A stretch of 64,000 nt of DNA from an uncultured Phocaeicola sp. (lineage in GTDB: Bacteria; Bacteroidota; Bacteroidia; Bacteroidales; Bacteroidaceae), in contig CANQSM010000004.1 of the NCBI GenBank assembly GCA_947626525.1, forward strand, positions 3,080 to 67,079, in the 5' to 3' direction. Every line of letters starts with the position of its first letter. Position 1 is the first letter of the stretch. The position numbers were made by a program, and so were the translations under genes. Under the pieces are notes generated by a model that saw only the letters and a program-made list of their open reading frames with translations, made no database searches and had not been told where the DNA came from. Shown piece after piece: positions 37,730 through 47,357 of the stretch.

Positions 37730-39238
37730 ATGAATTCTACCCAATTAATAGGAAAACTATTCGTCCCTCGCCAGAAAGCTATTGATTCCTATGCGGTTAA
37801 GCCTGTGGAAATTCAGGATAAAGTGTTGCGTCACCTTCTTTCCAAAGCCGCAGATACCGAGTGGGGAGTGCAACATGGTTACAGACAGATACGAAATTAT
37901 GAGAATTATCAACAGCAGGTGCCTGTTCAGACGTATGAGGAGATAAAACCTTATGTGGAACGTATGCGACAAGGGGAGAGTAACGTGCTGTGGCCCGGAA
38001 AAGTACGCTGGTTCGCCAAGTCGTCCGGGACTACGAATGATAAGAGCAAGTTCATTCCTGTCAGTAAGGAGGGGTTGCATGATGTACATTATGCCGGAGG
38101 GGTCGATTGTGTGGCTTCCTATTTGCATAATAATCCGCAGAGCCGTTTCTTTTCCGGAAAAGGTTTGATTTTGGGTGGAAGTCATGCGTCTAATTACAAT
38201 TTGAAAAACAGTCTGGTGGGAGATTTGTCAGCGATCCTGATTCAGAATGTCAATCCGTTGGTCAATTTCATTCGTGTACCGAGTAAACAGATTGCTTTGC
38301 TAAGTGATTTTGAAGAAAAAGTAGAAAAGATAGCGTATAGCACTATAAAGGCGAATGTGACGAACCTTTCCGGTGTACCTTCCTGGATGCTGGTCGTATT
38401 GAAACGAATTTTGGAAATAACAGGTAAGATCGGACTGGAAGAGGTTTGGCCGAATCTGGAGGTCTTTTTTCATGGAGGTATTAATTTCACTCCTTATCGA
38501 GATTTATATAAACAGCTGATTCGTAGTGAACTTATGCATTATGTGGAGACTTATAATGCCAGTGAAGGCTTTTTTGGAATACAAACAGATCCGATGAGTT
38601 CCTCTATGACATTAATGATTGATTATGGAGTCTTTTATGAGTTCATGCCGATGAATGAGTTCGGAAAGGAAAATCCGGAAGTTGTGCCGTTGGAAGGGGT
38701 GGAACTGAATAAGAACTACGCCATGTTGATTAGTACCACTTGCGGATTATGGCGTTATATGATTGGAGATACGGTGAAGTTCACCAACAAAACACCTCAT
38801 CAATTTGTTATCACTGGACGAACCAAGCATTTTATCAATGCTTTCGGGGAAGAACTGATTGTGGATAATGCGGAGAAAGGTTTGGCGTATGCCTGTGATG
38901 AAACGGGTGCACGGATATTGGATTACACCGCTGCCCCTGTATTCATGGATGCGAATGCCAAGTGTCGGCATCAGTGGCTGGTAGAGTTTGAAAAGAAACC
39001 CGATTCTCTGTCCCGTTTTGCAGAAGTGCTTGACAAGGTTTTGCAGGAAATTAATTCTGATTATGAGGCGAAACGTTATAAGAACATTACTTTGCAACCG
39101 TTGGAAATAATTCCGGCCCGAAAAGGATTGTTCCACGATTGGTTGAAGAATAAAGGTAAACTGGGTGGTCAGCATAAAGTGCCACGTTTAAGTAATACAC
39201 GTGAATATATGGATGAATTGCTCCTTTTGAATAAATAG
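37730..39238 (+). CDS. GH3 (auxin-responsive promoter) family acyl-adenylate-forming protein
   Basis: 502 aa with the SSGTTNDKSKFIP motif and overall GH3-family pattern, as seen widely in Bacteroidetes. Confidence 0.8.
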   Translation: MNSTQLIGKLFVPRQKAIDSYAVKPVEIQDKVLRHLLSKAADTEWGVQHGYRQIRNYENYQQQVPVQTYEEIKPYVERMRQGESNVLWPGKVRWFAKSSGTTNDKSKFIPVSKEGLHDVHYAGGVDCVASYLHNNPQSRFFSGKGLILGGSHASNYNLKNSLVGDLSAILIQNVNPLVNFIRVPSKQIALLSDFEEKVEKIAYSTIKANVTNLSGVPSWMLVVLKRILEITGKIGLEEVWPNLEVFFHGGINFTPYRDLYKQLIRSELMHYVETYNASEGFFGIQTDPMSSSMTLMIDYGVFYEFMPMNEFGKENPEVVPLEGVELNKNYAMLISTTCGLWRYMIGDTVKFTNKTPHQFVITGRTKHFINAFGEELIVDNAEKGLAYACDETGARILDYTAAPVFMDANAKCRHQWLVEFEKKPDSLSRFAEVLDKVLQEINSDYEAKRYKNITLQPLEIIPARKGLFHDWLKNKGKLGGQHKVPRLSNTREYMDELLLLNK

Positions 39239-39245
39239 ACAAATT

Positions 39246-41153
39246 ATGAATAGAAAGTATCTTTTTCTGTTTCTCATCGTGCTCTACTCTTGTGCCAGCA
39301 TTGGTACACCGGATGGGGGTATGTATGATGAAACACCTCCTAAAGTACTGAAAACCTCTCCGGCTTCCTATGCGCTTAATAATAAGGAGAAGAAGATTTC
39401 TATTGAATTTGACGAATATATCAAGCTGGAAAAGGCTAATGAGAAAGTGGTTGTATCACCTCCTCAATTGGAAGCTCCGGAAATAAAGGTGAATGGGAAA
39501 AAAGTAGTTGTGGAATTGATGGATTCTTTGAGAGCCAATACTACTTATACGATAGATTTCTCGGATGCCATTGTAGATAACAATGAAGGAAATCCGTTGG
39601 GAGATTTTGCTTTCGCTTTTTCTACAGGCTCTGAAATTGATACATTGCAAGTGTCGGGGACGGTATTGGATGCTTCGAACCTGGAGCCGGTAAAAGGGAT
39701 GCTGGTAGGACTCTATTCGAATCTGGCTGACTCTGCTTTTGTAACCTTGCCTTTTGAGAGAGTCGCTCGCACGGACAGCAGGGGGCGATTTACCATCCGT
39801 GGTATAGCGCCGGGTAATTACCATATTTATGGATTGATGGACGTAAACCAAAATTTTGTTTTCGATCAGAAAACGGAAATGATTGCATTTACGGATGAAA
39901 TGATTGTCCCTTCTTCCAAACTAGAAATGAGACCAGATACGATATGGAAAGATACATTGACCATCGATACGGTGAGACAGGTGCAATATACTCACTTTAT
40001 GCCTGACAATATTGTATTGAGGGCTTTTAAGGAGGATCCGGTTACTCAGTATATGGTAAAGAACGAACGTTTGTTACCACCTAAATTCTCGTTATATTTT
40101 TCTGTTCCGGCAGATACGTTGCCTACAGTGGAGGGATTGAATTTCGATGAGAAAGATGCTTTTGTGATAGAACATACGTTGCATAATGATACCGTTCACT
40201 ATTGGATAAAGGATTCGTTGGTTTATAATCTGGATACGTTGGCAATGAGGGTTTCTTACCTTTATACCGATACGTTGGGAAAGTTGGTTCCACGTACCGA
40301 TACACTGGAACTGGCTGCCAAGACTAATCGTGCCAAACTGCGGAAAGAAGCGGAACAGAAGCTGGAAGACTGGAAAAAAGAGTTGAAAAAGAAAAAAAAA
40401 CAGGGAGAAGTAAATGATACGTTGCCTCCTGTAGAGTTTCTGAAAGTAAAAGTCGATGCTCCGTCAGCATTTGACTTGACAAAGAACGTAACCATTGATT
40501 TTGAGGAACCGCTGGACCGTTTCGATACGGATGCTGTTCACTTGATGCAGAAAGTAGACACGCTTTGGCAGGAAATTCCTTATGAAATAGAAGAAAACAA
40601 ACTTACGAACCGTAGCTATACGTTGTTTGCCGAATGGCGTCCTGAACAGGAGTATAAACTGACTATCGATTCATTGGCTTTCACCGGATTATATGGCGCT
40701 TTCTCCGATAGGATAGAACAAACCATGAAGGTGCGTTCGTTGGATGAGTACAGTTCTTTGTTTCTGAATATTCCGAAGGCTGATTCGTCTGCGGTGGTAG
40801 AGGTACTTAACGGGCAGGATGTTCCGATACGGCAGGTAAAAGTGGTAAATGGAAGAGCGGATATTTATTTTTTGCAACCGGGAAAATATTACTTGCGTTT
40901 ATTTAATGACCACAACGGAAATGGAGTTTGGAATACCGGGCTATATGGTGACAAACGTCAGGCGGAAGAATTGTTTTATTATCCCCAACCTCTGGATTTG
41001 AAAGCTATGTGGGAAGTGGAGCAGGACTGGGATTTGGATGCCGTACCTGTAGAAAAGCAGAAACCGATAGAGATAACCAAGCAGAAACCCGATGTGGAGA
41101 AGAAAACGGCCAAAAGCCGAAATGAAGAGCGTATGAGGGATAAAAATCGATAG
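39246..41153 (+). CDS. Ig-like (SbsA/Big_5-type) domain lipoprotein
   Basis: 635 aa with lipobox LYSCAS, an N-terminal Ig-like segment (PPKVLKTSPA...) and a Lys-rich linker containing an A9 run at 40392-40400. Confidence 0.75.
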   Translation: MNRKYLFLFLIVLYSCASIGTPDGGMYDETPPKVLKTSPASYALNNKEKKISIEFDEYIKLEKANEKVVVSPPQLEAPEIKVNGKKVVVELMDSLRANTTYTIDFSDAIVDNNEGNPLGDFAFAFSTGSEIDTLQVSGTVLDASNLEPVKGMLVGLYSNLADSAFVTLPFERVARTDSRGRFTIRGIAPGNYHIYGLMDVNQNFVFDQKTEMIAFTDEMIVPSSKLEMRPDTIWKDTLTIDTVRQVQYTHFMPDNIVLRAFKEDPVTQYMVKNERLLPPKFSLYFSVPADTLPTVEGLNFDEKDAFVIEHTLHNDTVHYWIKDSLVYNLDTLAMRVSYLYTDTLGKLVPRTDTLELAAKTNRAKLRKEAEQKLEDWKKELKKKKKQGEVNDTLPPVEFLKVKVDAPSAFDLTKNVTIDFEEPLDRFDTDAVHLMQKVDTLWQEIPYEIEENKLTNRSYTLFAEWRPEQEYKLTIDSLAFTGLYGAFSDRIEQTMKVRSLDEYSSLFLNIPKADSSAVVEVLNGQDVPIRQVKVVNGRADIYFLQPGKYYLRLFNDHNGNGVWNTGLYGDKRQAEELFYYPQPLDLKAMWEVEQDWDLDAVPVEKQKPIEITKQKPDVEKKTAKSRNEERMRDKNR

Positions 41154-41245
41154 GAATGGTTTTCTTGGGAAATAAACAAGGTGTTTCCTATTGAAGAAAA
41201 GTGAGATGGATGGTGAAAATAGGTATGTATAAATATAGAAGCGGA

Positions 41246-42061
41246 ATGAAAATATTCTGGGTTATATGGTTATGTGTTTTTTGCGGTACATACTCCTTTG
41301 CACAATGTGCCACGGAGAATATGGCCATGAAAGCTGGTGAGAAGCTGACGTATGACCTTCATTTTAATTGGAAATTTGTTTGGGTGAAAGCGGGTACGGC
41401 ACGTATGCAGACTACATCTACTACATATGACTCCAAGCCTGCGTTGAAAACATTCTTGCAGACAAAAGGGAATAGAAGAGCCGATTTCTTTTTTACTATG
41501 CGCGATACGTTGGTCGCCATCATGTCGGAAGATTTGGTTCCTTATTATTTTCGTAAAGGAGCTGAAGAGGGGAAACGTTATACGTTGGATGAGATTACGT
41601 TTTCTTACTCCGATGGTATGAGCCATATCAAACAGAGTCGTCACCGACGTGGAAAGGAACCCGTTTTTTCGGAGTACACAGATAGCCGTTGTATATATGA
41701 TATGTTGAGCTTGTTGGCAAGGGCTAGGTCGTTTGATGTCTCACATCTGGAAATCGGGCAAAAACTGATTTTTCCTATGGCTACTGGTACGGAGGTAGAA
41801 AACCAGACGCTTATTTATAGAGGAAAGGAAAACTTCAAAGCGGATAACGGTACGGTTTATCGCTGTCTGGTGTTTTCTTTGGTAGAATATAAGGGTGAAA
41901 AAAGGAAGGAAAAAGAAGTTATTACATTTTATGTAACGGATGATGCCAATCATCTTCCTGTCCGTTTGGATATGTATCTGAATTTTGGGAGTGCCAAAGC
42001 CTTTCTGACACATGTCTCGGGCAATCGTCATCCGCTTACTTCTATTGTTGAGAAAAAATAG
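41246..42061 (+). CDS. DUF3108-like secreted protein
   Basis: Start chosen at MKIFWVIWLCVF (signal peptide). The family name is from memory of the pattern and the conserved neighbourhood. Confidence 0.6.
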   Translation: MKIFWVIWLCVFCGTYSFAQCATENMAMKAGEKLTYDLHFNWKFVWVKAGTARMQTTSTTYDSKPALKTFLQTKGNRRADFFFTMRDTLVAIMSEDLVPYYFRKGAEEGKRYTLDEITFSYSDGMSHIKQSRHRRGKEPVFSEYTDSRCIYDMLSLLARARSFDVSHLEIGQKLIFPMATGTEVENQTLIYRGKENFKADNGTVYRCLVFSLVEYKGEKRKEKEVITFYVTDDANHLPVRLDMYLNFGSAKAFLTHVSGNRHPLTSIVEKK

Positions 42062-42131
42062 GATTATGGTCCATCATCTTCACGTGCATCTTATTTTTTA
42101 GGAACATTTACTGAATATCCCTAAGGATTTC

Positions 42132-42632
42132 CTATAGCTCTTCCGTGTCCAGTTCTCCGGTGAACGAGATGGAGTCTTTGTTGTCGGGGCGTACATCTAT
42201 GTTTGCCGCTCCGTCTGAGTACAGGGTGATGTGATAAGTATAGCTGTCCTCCTCGTTGTGTACGTCGAGCCTGATGCGGTTTCTTCCCTTTTTATCTTTC
42301 TTGCTTTCGTAACGGCTTATCGGAGCGTCGAATATCAGTCTTTTGCCGCCTCCGTAAGGCATGCGGTAGGCGACACCGAAATAGGGCAAGTACGAAAAGA
42401 GGGAATCATTCCGCACTTCGATGGAGTAGTCGGAGAGGACGGAACGTCCGTTCCCGCGTTGAGGCAGGACGTGAATGATCCTTATTTTGTACTGTTTGGT
42501 GTCGATGGCTTCCTGTACTTTGCGTTCCATGCGCGCTTCTTTTTCTTTGTTCTTCTGTGCGGAAGCCGGCAGTGTGGCGCAGCATGCGGACAGGCAGACG
42601 AATATTGCCTGGAAGATTCGGTTCGTTTTCAT
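42132..42632 (-). CDS. small secreted protein, DUF4251-like
   Basis: Start chosen at MKTNRIFQAIFVCLSACCATLPASAQ (signal peptide). This start avoids overlap with the ispG 3' end. Confidence 0.6.
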   Translation of the reverse strand: MKTNRIFQAIFVCLSACCATLPASAQKNKEKEARMERKVQEAIDTKQYKIRIIHVLPQRGNGRSVLSDYSIEVRNDSLFSYLPYFGVAYRMPYGGGKRLIFDAPISRYESKKDKKGRNRIRLDVHNEEDSYTYHITLYSDGAANIDVRPDNKDSISFTGELDTEEL

Positions 42633-42654
42633 GTGCTTGTTGTTTTGGGGTCTA

Positions 42655-44544
42655 TCATGTTTTTGGGTATGGCGGTTTTTGCCGTTCCTGACGGTCCGGC
42701 TCATGGGCTTGGATAAATGCGAGCAACCGGTCCACCGCCTCTTCGGCAGGGATGTTTTTTTCGATGCACTCTTTCTTCTTGTACAGGCTTACCTTGCCGC
42801 GTCCGGCCCCTACATAACCGTAGTCGGCGTCGGCCATTTCGCCCGGACCGTTTACGATGCATCCCATCACTCCGATTTTCAACCCTTTCAGATGGGCGGT
42901 GGCTTGTTTGATGCGGGCCAGTGTGGTCTGCAAGTCGAACAGGGTGCGGCCGCATCCTGGGCAGGCGATGTATTCTGTTTTGGAGATACGCGTACGGGCG
43001 GCTTGTAGGATACTGAATGTTGTGGCTTCTACCACTGTGGAAGGAATGTTTCCGTTATTGAAAAGGAAGAGCCCGTCGCAAAGTCCATCGAAAAGCAGTA
43101 CGCCTGTGTCGGCTGCGGCTTTCAGTTGTAAGTCTTCCTTTTCATTCTCTGCATAATGTTGGCATATCACTACCGGATTCCGAATACCTTCGTTCATCAG
43201 TTGATGTACCAATGCGCGGAACTCCCCGATTCGGTTCGGATGATTGCTTTGCGCGATGATGACAATCTCCGGATGATGACGGAGCATGGCAACGATTTCA
43301 TCGTTACAGGCCAGATAGGTGAGAAACAGGAACTTGATGGGGCTGGCATTCATCGCTATTTGGATGAACAGCGGTATGCCGTGCTCCTTGTCCGAAGGCA
43401 TGAAAGCCGGATATGTTCCCTCTTCTCCTGTCCACACGTCGGCATCGATGATGTAGCCGCACGCTTCCCGGTGCTCCGGCATTTGTCTTCCCACATAGAT
43501 GTAGTCAGGTTGGAATGAGGGGTCGGAAGCCTCCCGGGGGTGATGCCCGTCGGCGATGACTACCGGTACATACTCTCCGCCGATGTTTCCTACTGCATGC
43601 GTCGTGCGGCGCTGCGGTGAAAGGTAGTTGAATGTGGCGGCTTCCTGTCCCGGGATATAAGGATGTCCGGCATGTGCGGTGACGTAGTCCACTAATTTGC
43701 GTGCCACCGGTATCTCTGCCTCGGGTGCTTCGCTCAATGACACGCGGATGGTGTCGCCCAGTCCGTCGGCCAGCAGGGCACCGATGCCTACGGCCGATTT
43801 GATGCGTCCGTCTTCACCGTCTCCCGCTTCGGTTACTCCCAAATGCAACGGAAAAGCCATTCCCTCTTTTTCCATCACTGAGACCAGCAGGCGTACCGTC
43901 TTGACCATCACTACCGTGTTGCTGGCCTTGATGGAGATTACTACGTCCGTGAATGCTTCGGCCACGCAGATACGGAGAAATTCCATACATGATTCCACCA
44001 TGCCTTCCGGCGTATCGCCATAGCGTGACATGATGCGGTCGGACAGTGAACCATGGTTTACTCCGATGCGTATGGCCGTATGGTTGGCCTTGCAAATGTT
44101 CAGGAACGGGACGAAACGGTCACGAATCTTCTGGAGTTCCTGCCGGTATTCCTCGTCCGTGTAGTCAAGGTGTTTGAAAGTGCGGGCCGCATCCACGTAA
44201 TTACCCGGATTGATGCGCACTTTCTCTGCATACAGGGCTGCCACTTCGGCCACTTTCGGGTTGAAGTGCACGTCGGCTACCAATGGCGTCATGTAGCCTT
44301 GCGAGCGCAAGGTCATGTTGATATGCCTCAGGTTTTCGGCTTCCGCGATACCTTGAGTGGTGAGCCGCACATATTCGCCTCCTGCGTCCACGATGCGGCG
44401 GGTCTGCTCCACACAGGCTTCCGTATCCCGGGTGACAGTGTTTGTCATAGACTGGATGCGGACAGGATTGTTTCCTCCGAGAGGTATTCCGCCGATATGC
44501 ACTTCGGTGGTCCGGCGGCGGGTATAATTAAATAGATCTATCAT
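42655..44544 (-). CDS. ispG: 4-hydroxy-3-methylbut-2-enyl diphosphate synthase, long (insert-domain) form
   Basis: 629 aa with a TIM-barrel N-terminus (VRIQSMTNT), a C-terminal 4Fe-4S domain (ACPGCGRT...GCIVNGPGE) and a large central insert, as in Bacteroidetes and plant-type IspG. Confidence 0.92.
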   Translation of the reverse strand: MIDLFNYTRRRTTEVHIGGIPLGGNNPVRIQSMTNTVTRDTEACVEQTRRIVDAGGEYVRLTTQGIAEAENLRHINMTLRSQGYMTPLVADVHFNPKVAEVAALYAEKVRINPGNYVDAARTFKHLDYTDEEYRQELQKIRDRFVPFLNICKANHTAIRIGVNHGSLSDRIMSRYGDTPEGMVESCMEFLRICVAEAFTDVVISIKASNTVVMVKTVRLLVSVMEKEGMAFPLHLGVTEAGDGEDGRIKSAVGIGALLADGLGDTIRVSLSEAPEAEIPVARKLVDYVTAHAGHPYIPGQEAATFNYLSPQRRTTHAVGNIGGEYVPVVIADGHHPREASDPSFQPDYIYVGRQMPEHREACGYIIDADVWTGEEGTYPAFMPSDKEHGIPLFIQIAMNASPIKFLFLTYLACNDEIVAMLRHHPEIVIIAQSNHPNRIGEFRALVHQLMNEGIRNPVVICQHYAENEKEDLQLKAAADTGVLLFDGLCDGLFLFNNGNIPSTVVEATTFSILQAARTRISKTEYIACPGCGRTLFDLQTTLARIKQATAHLKGLKIGVMGCIVNGPGEMADADYGYVGAGRGKVSLYKKKECIEKNIPAEEAVDRLLAFIQAHEPDRQERQKPPYPKT

Positions 44545-44707
44545 GATGTTGTAAAGACTAAATGAAAAAACATCCGCTTTTACCTTCCCTCAAAGGCGGG
44601 GGGACTGTTGAGGTGGGGAAGTTCGGACGACCGGTTTGATGGAACGGGTCTCTTCCGGAAAAAGATACGTTGGAAGAGGCTTCGGTGAAAGGCCGTTCGG
44701 ACAGTTG

Positions 44708-45217
44708 TCAGTTGGTCTTATATTCGAATTTTATTTCACTGAGTTCTTTGTTTGCTTTTTCTATTTTCTTTTTCAGGTTCTCTTTATAGGCGGCAAACTG
44801 GGAAGCTAACTCCTCATCGCTCAATGAAAGCATTTGTATAGCCAGGATGGCGGCGTTCACGGCCCCGTTGATGGCGACCGTGGCTACCGGTATGCCAGGA
44901 GGCATTTGGATAATGGAATAAAGCGCATCCATTCCGTCGAGAACCTGACCTTTTATCGGTACGCCGATGACCGGAAGAGTCGTGTTGGCTGCGATGATAC
45001 CGGGGAGAGCCGCTGCCATGCCGGCCGCCGCGATAATCACTTTAATCCCGCGTTGCTTGGCTCCTTTGGCGAAAGCCTCTACGGCTTCCGGAGTACGATG
45101 AGCCGACAAGGCGTTCATTTCGAAAGGCACATGCAGCTCGTCCAGCAGTTTGGCTGCTTTCTCCATGACGGGAAGATCGGAAGTGCTCCCCATGATAATA
45201 CTGACAATTGGTTTCAT
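44708..45217 (-). CDS. purE: 5-(carboxyamino)imidazole ribonucleotide mutase
   Basis: 169 aa with the IIMGSTSDLPVM, SAHRTP and AAGMAAALPG motifs. Confidence 0.93.
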   Translation of the reverse strand: MKPIVSIIMGSTSDLPVMEKAAKLLDELHVPFEMNALSAHRTPEAVEAFAKGAKQRGIKVIIAAAGMAAALPGIIAANTTLPVIGVPIKGQVLDGMDALYSIIQMPPGIPVATVAINGAVNAAILAIQMLSLSDEELASQFAAYKENLKKKIEKANKELSEIKFEYKTN

Positions 45218-45229
45218 GCTATATGTGAT

Positions 45230-45847
45230 TTAGATAAATAATATTCCTAATATACCGCATACAAAACCGACCAGGAACCCTACCAATACTTGCGGAAGGG
45301 TATGCTGGCGGAGAATCATGCGGGATGTCCCCAATGCACCGGACAGCAGGATGACAAAACAAAACCATCCCAACGGGTTGTAATAAAAGACAAAGCTGAA
45401 GGACACCAGTCCGCCTACGAATTCGCCGATGGCTGCCATGTGGGCGCTGATTTTCCACCATACGTTGATGATGGCACAGATAATCATGGCCATCAGTGAG
45501 GCAACGATTATGCCTGAAAGACACCGCGGGATAGTTAACCGATACATGAGCAGCAGGCAGCATACATAGGACAGAATCGTCATGGCGTAGGGTACGATAC
45601 GCTTCTCCTTATGTCCCAGGTGACGGAGGCTCCAACCGTTTATTTTCTGGTAAATATAGATTCCCAGCATGGGCAGGAGTACGGTAAAAGCATATACGAT
45701 GCCCAATACTACAGCTTGATAGGAGAGAGGCAGCATACGCAGGTAGGTAAACAGGAACAATGCCAGAAAACCTACCGTAGGGACATAAAACGGAGTGAAT
45801 AGGGCTGATAGCACTCTCGCTGAAATCCGTAAATACTTTTCTTTCAT
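45230..45847 (-). CDS. PAP2-like membrane phosphatase-family protein
   Basis: 205 aa with six hydrophobic helices and the SAHM and SRMILRQHTLPQV motifs, which resemble PAP2 motifs 2 and 3. Confidence 0.65.
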   Translation of the reverse strand: MKEKYLRISARVLSALFTPFYVPTVGFLALFLFTYLRMLPLSYQAVVLGIVYAFTVLLPMLGIYIYQKINGWSLRHLGHKEKRIVPYAMTILSYVCCLLLMYRLTIPRCLSGIIVASLMAMIICAIINVWWKISAHMAAIGEFVGGLVSFSFVFYYNPLGWFCFVILLSGALGTSRMILRQHTLPQVLVGFLVGFVCGILGILFI

Positions 45848-45851
45848 AGAT

Positions 45852-47321
45852 TTATTTTCTTAATCTTGCAACGGGAATGCCTGACTGTTCCCGATATTTT
45901 GCGACCGTACGGCGTGCAATGGGGAATCCTTTTTCTTTCAGGATCTTTGCCAACTCGTCGTCAGTAAGCGGATGGTTTTTGTCTTCTTTATCCACGCACT
46001 CTTTCAGTACCCGGCGTATTTCCCTCACAGACAGTTCTTCTCCTTCATCCGTCGTGTATCCGTCACTGAAAAAGTATTTCAACGGATAAATCCCATAATT
46101 GGTCTGTACGTACTTGCTGTTGCTTACCCGTGAAATGGTGGAGATATCGAGCCCCGTGCGTTCCGCCACATCTTTCAGAATCATGGGCTTGAGCAAGGAT
46201 TCGTCCCCATCTTCAAAGAAAGGACGTTGCAAGTCGATAATGGCCTGCATGGTTTTGTGCATGGTCTGTTGCCGTTGTTTCACCGCGTCAATGAATCCTT
46301 GGGCTGCGTCCATCTTCTGTTTCAGGAACATCATGGCATCTTTGGATTCCTTGCTCTGGTTGGCCTTGTTTTTGGTATGTTCTTCCAGCATGTCCATAAA
46401 CGATCGGCTGATACGCAATTCGGGAACTCCTCTGTCGTTCAGGTTCAGTACGATGGAGCCGTCATCAAGCGTCTCTACCAGAAAATCCGGAATGATTTGC
46501 TGATAGCTTCGGCCTACGGATTCTCCTAACGAACTTCCGGGACGAGGGTTGAGGTGGGTCAGCTCTTTTTTGGCTTCTTCAAACTGCTCGGGGGTAAGCG
46601 ACAGGCGTTGCAGGATTTTGTCCCAATGTTTGCGTGTGAATTCGTCGTAGCATTTGGTCAGGATATTCAGTTCCGTCTGCTTTAACGGAGAATCTTCTTT
46701 ACGATTGAGTTGGATAAGAAGGCACTCTTGCAAGTTACGTGCTCCGATACCGGCGGGATCGAAATCCTGAAGGATTTTCAGTGCTTCTTCCAGTTCCTTT
46801 TCGGATGTCTCCAGATTGTAATTGAAATAGAGCTCGTCGACGATGGATGAAAGGTCTTTTCGCAGTAGCCCGTCGTCATCTAAGGAACCGATCAGGTACT
46901 CCACCAGAATACGTTGATGTGCTGTCAAATCCCTTTCGCCTGACTGCTCTTTCAAAATTTCGTAGAAAGAAATGGCGTCTGAGAAAGGAATCTCTTCGGC
47001 CTGTGCTTCCGGAGATGAACTCTGTTGTTTCAATTTGTAATCCGGAATATCGTCTTCCGTTCGGTAGTCTCCCAGTGAGAGATCTTCGTTTGTACCTTCC
47101 GGCATTTCATTCTCGGCGGCGTTCCCTTCGTTAAAGCCTTCTTCATCAGGCTCGCTTTCGGCATGTCCTTCTTCCAAGGCCGGATTGTCGAGCACTTCGG
47201 CCCGGACACGTTCTTCCAGTTCTACGGTCGGAAGTTCCAGCATCTTTACAACCAGCACCTGTTGAGGCGAAAGTGTCTGAACTTGTTGCTGTTTTTGTAT
47301 TTGATAATTCCCTTGTTGCAT
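45852..47321 (-). CDS. rpoN: RNA polymerase sigma-54 factor
   Basis: 489 aa with a Gln-rich N-terminus, an acidic region and a C-terminal RpoN box (ARRTVAKYRE). Confidence 0.92.
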   Translation of the reverse strand: MQQGNYQIQKQQQVQTLSPQQVLVVKMLELPTVELEERVRAEVLDNPALEEGHAESEPDEEGFNEGNAAENEMPEGTNEDLSLGDYRTEDDIPDYKLKQQSSSPEAQAEEIPFSDAISFYEILKEQSGERDLTAHQRILVEYLIGSLDDDGLLRKDLSSIVDELYFNYNLETSEKELEEALKILQDFDPAGIGARNLQECLLIQLNRKEDSPLKQTELNILTKCYDEFTRKHWDKILQRLSLTPEQFEEAKKELTHLNPRPGSSLGESVGRSYQQIIPDFLVETLDDGSIVLNLNDRGVPELRISRSFMDMLEEHTKNKANQSKESKDAMMFLKQKMDAAQGFIDAVKQRQQTMHKTMQAIIDLQRPFFEDGDESLLKPMILKDVAERTGLDISTISRVSNSKYVQTNYGIYPLKYFFSDGYTTDEGEELSVREIRRVLKECVDKEDKNHPLTDDELAKILKEKGFPIARRTVAKYREQSGIPVARLRK

Positions 47322-47357
47322 AGAATATATTTTGCCAGTGCAAAGGTAATCAATTTA

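Noticed and set aside
40392-40400. A9 run inside the Ig-like lipoprotein gene
   Set aside because: It encodes part of a Lys-rich linker (KKKKKQ) and the frame is intact. It is slippage-prone in principle, but there is no evidence of variation here.
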